Source of the DNA: a virus
Lineage: Duplodnaviria; Caudoviricetes
DNA: 27,299 nucleotides
IMG/VR virus record: IMGVR_UViG_3300023173_000089
Location: 1 to 27,299 of that record
Strand: one strand, 5' to 3'
The notes below the pieces were generated by a model. The model was not told where the DNA came from. It saw only the letters and a list, made by a program, of their open reading frames with translations, and searched no databases. The number at the start of each line of letters is the position of its first letter. The stretch's first letter is position 1. Made by a program: the position numbers and the translations under genes. Shown one piece after another: positions 26,412 through 27,299 of the stretch.

Positions 26412-27299
26412 ATGGCAAATGCAAATAAATTTACAGGATCGAATCGTAGTTCAATTGGTATTCCAGACTTTTATGATAGAGAAAATAGTCAAGGTATGCG
26501 AAAACTTAACGGCGTGTTTATTGCTAAAGTTGTCGATTTTGCAGACGAACGTTATCAACAACACATTTGGGTAGACATAGTTGGATCTGAGATTATAAGC
26601 AAAAAAGATACAATTGAAGAAAGACATAAGTTTCACAAAGTTAGACAAATGAGTCCATTTGGGGGTACTATTCAGGGCGATTTAGGAAGTAATAACTACG
26701 GTGCTACTTGGACTCCGCCTGCGCCGGGTACAGAAGTACTAGTTGCATTTACTGGTGCTGAACAAGAAGGTTTTTTATTAGGCGTACTTCCTGATATTAA
26801 TCGAAATGCTATGCAAGGCGGATATCCTGCAAGTCCAGATACATTAGAAGGTGATGTACAAAGTGCATATGATCACCACGTTTCAAAAAAGCATGATGGC
26901 ACCAGAAGAAAGCACCCAGTATCACAAGGCATTGCAATACAAGGACTTGGGTTAGATGCATACAGAGGACATTCTAGTAGTGGTGCTAGACGTGAATCGC
27001 CGAGCAGACTAAGCGGGTTTAACAGTCCAGGTGGACATAGTTTAGTATTAGATGATGGTACCGAATCATATAAAAAAGGTACAAACTTTGTACCGGATAA
27101 AAGTCGTAAAGATGGCGAAAATAACTTAATTAGATTGCGTAGCGGACGTGGTGCGCAAATACTTTTAAACGACAGTGCAGGTATTGTTTATATTATTAAC
27201 CAAAACGGAACAGGCTGGGTTGAAATAGATCCAGATGGAAACATTGACGTATTCAGTGAAAGCAACATTAGTATGCATGCCAAGGAAAGTATAAACTTC
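26412..27299 (+). CDS. gp5: Baseplate central spike, gp5/VgrG-like OB-fold protein (3'-truncated), not in the ORF track
   Basis: Open from ATG 26412 to the window end: GVFIAKVVD, MSPFGG, YGATWTPPAPGTEVLVAF, SSSGARRESPS, GHSLVLDDG, IRLRSGRGAQILLND. Confidence 0.85.
   Translation, partial: MANANKFTGSNRSSIGIPDFYDRENSQGMRKLNGVFIAKVVDFADERYQQHIWVDIVGSEIISKKDTIEERHKFHKVRQMSPFGGTIQGDLGSNNYGATWTPPAPGTEVLVAFTGAEQEGFLLGVLPDINRNAMQGGYPASPDTLEGDVQSAYDHHVSKKHDGTRRKHPVSQGIAIQGLGLDAYRGHSSSGARRESPSRLSGFNSPGGHSLVLDDGTESYKKGTNFVPDKSRKDGENNLIRLRSGRGAQILLNDSAGIVYIINQNGTGWVEIDPDGNIDVFSESNISMHAKESINF

Noticed and set aside
26451-26648. 65-aa minus-strand ORF
   Set aside because: Antisense to the gp5-like gene that runs from 26412 off the window end.
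1-27299. Stop-codon reassignment, tRNA genes, inteins
   Set aside because: TAA, TAG and TGA all end genes at sensible boundaries. I saw no cloverleaf or T-loop motif, and conserved proteins show no intein-type insertion.

Overview
This window is part of an AT-rich, T4-like (gp55-dependent, contractile-tailed) bacteriophage genome that uses the standard genetic code. Left to right it holds: a truncated Nudix hydrolase (+); a minus-strand fibre/adhesin block (fibre-like protein, S8 subtilase, tandem-duplicated gp38-like glycine-rich adhesin, distal fibre); the minus-strand head module (gp23, gp22, gp21, two core proteins, portal gp20); and a tape-measure-like gene transcribed divergently from a gp26-like hub/tail-assembly gene. 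Next comes a minus-strand block (gp55, gp47, gp46, two small ORFs, a eukaryote-type phosphomannomutase, a small GIY-YIG nuclease), then a plus-strand baseplate block (HIGH nucleotidyltransferase, tube initiator, gp53, lysozyme-hub fusion, truncated gp5). Two signals stand out and are absent from the ORF track. (1) A ~300-370 nt GC-rich, multi-stem, pseudoknotted non-coding element on the minus strand begins right after the GIY-YIG stop codon. (2) A U9 slippery site at the end of the gp26-like gene opens a start-less 79-codon -1 frame, resembling a G/GT-type programmed frameshift. All product calls come from motif recognition and synteny; no database search or folding program was run.
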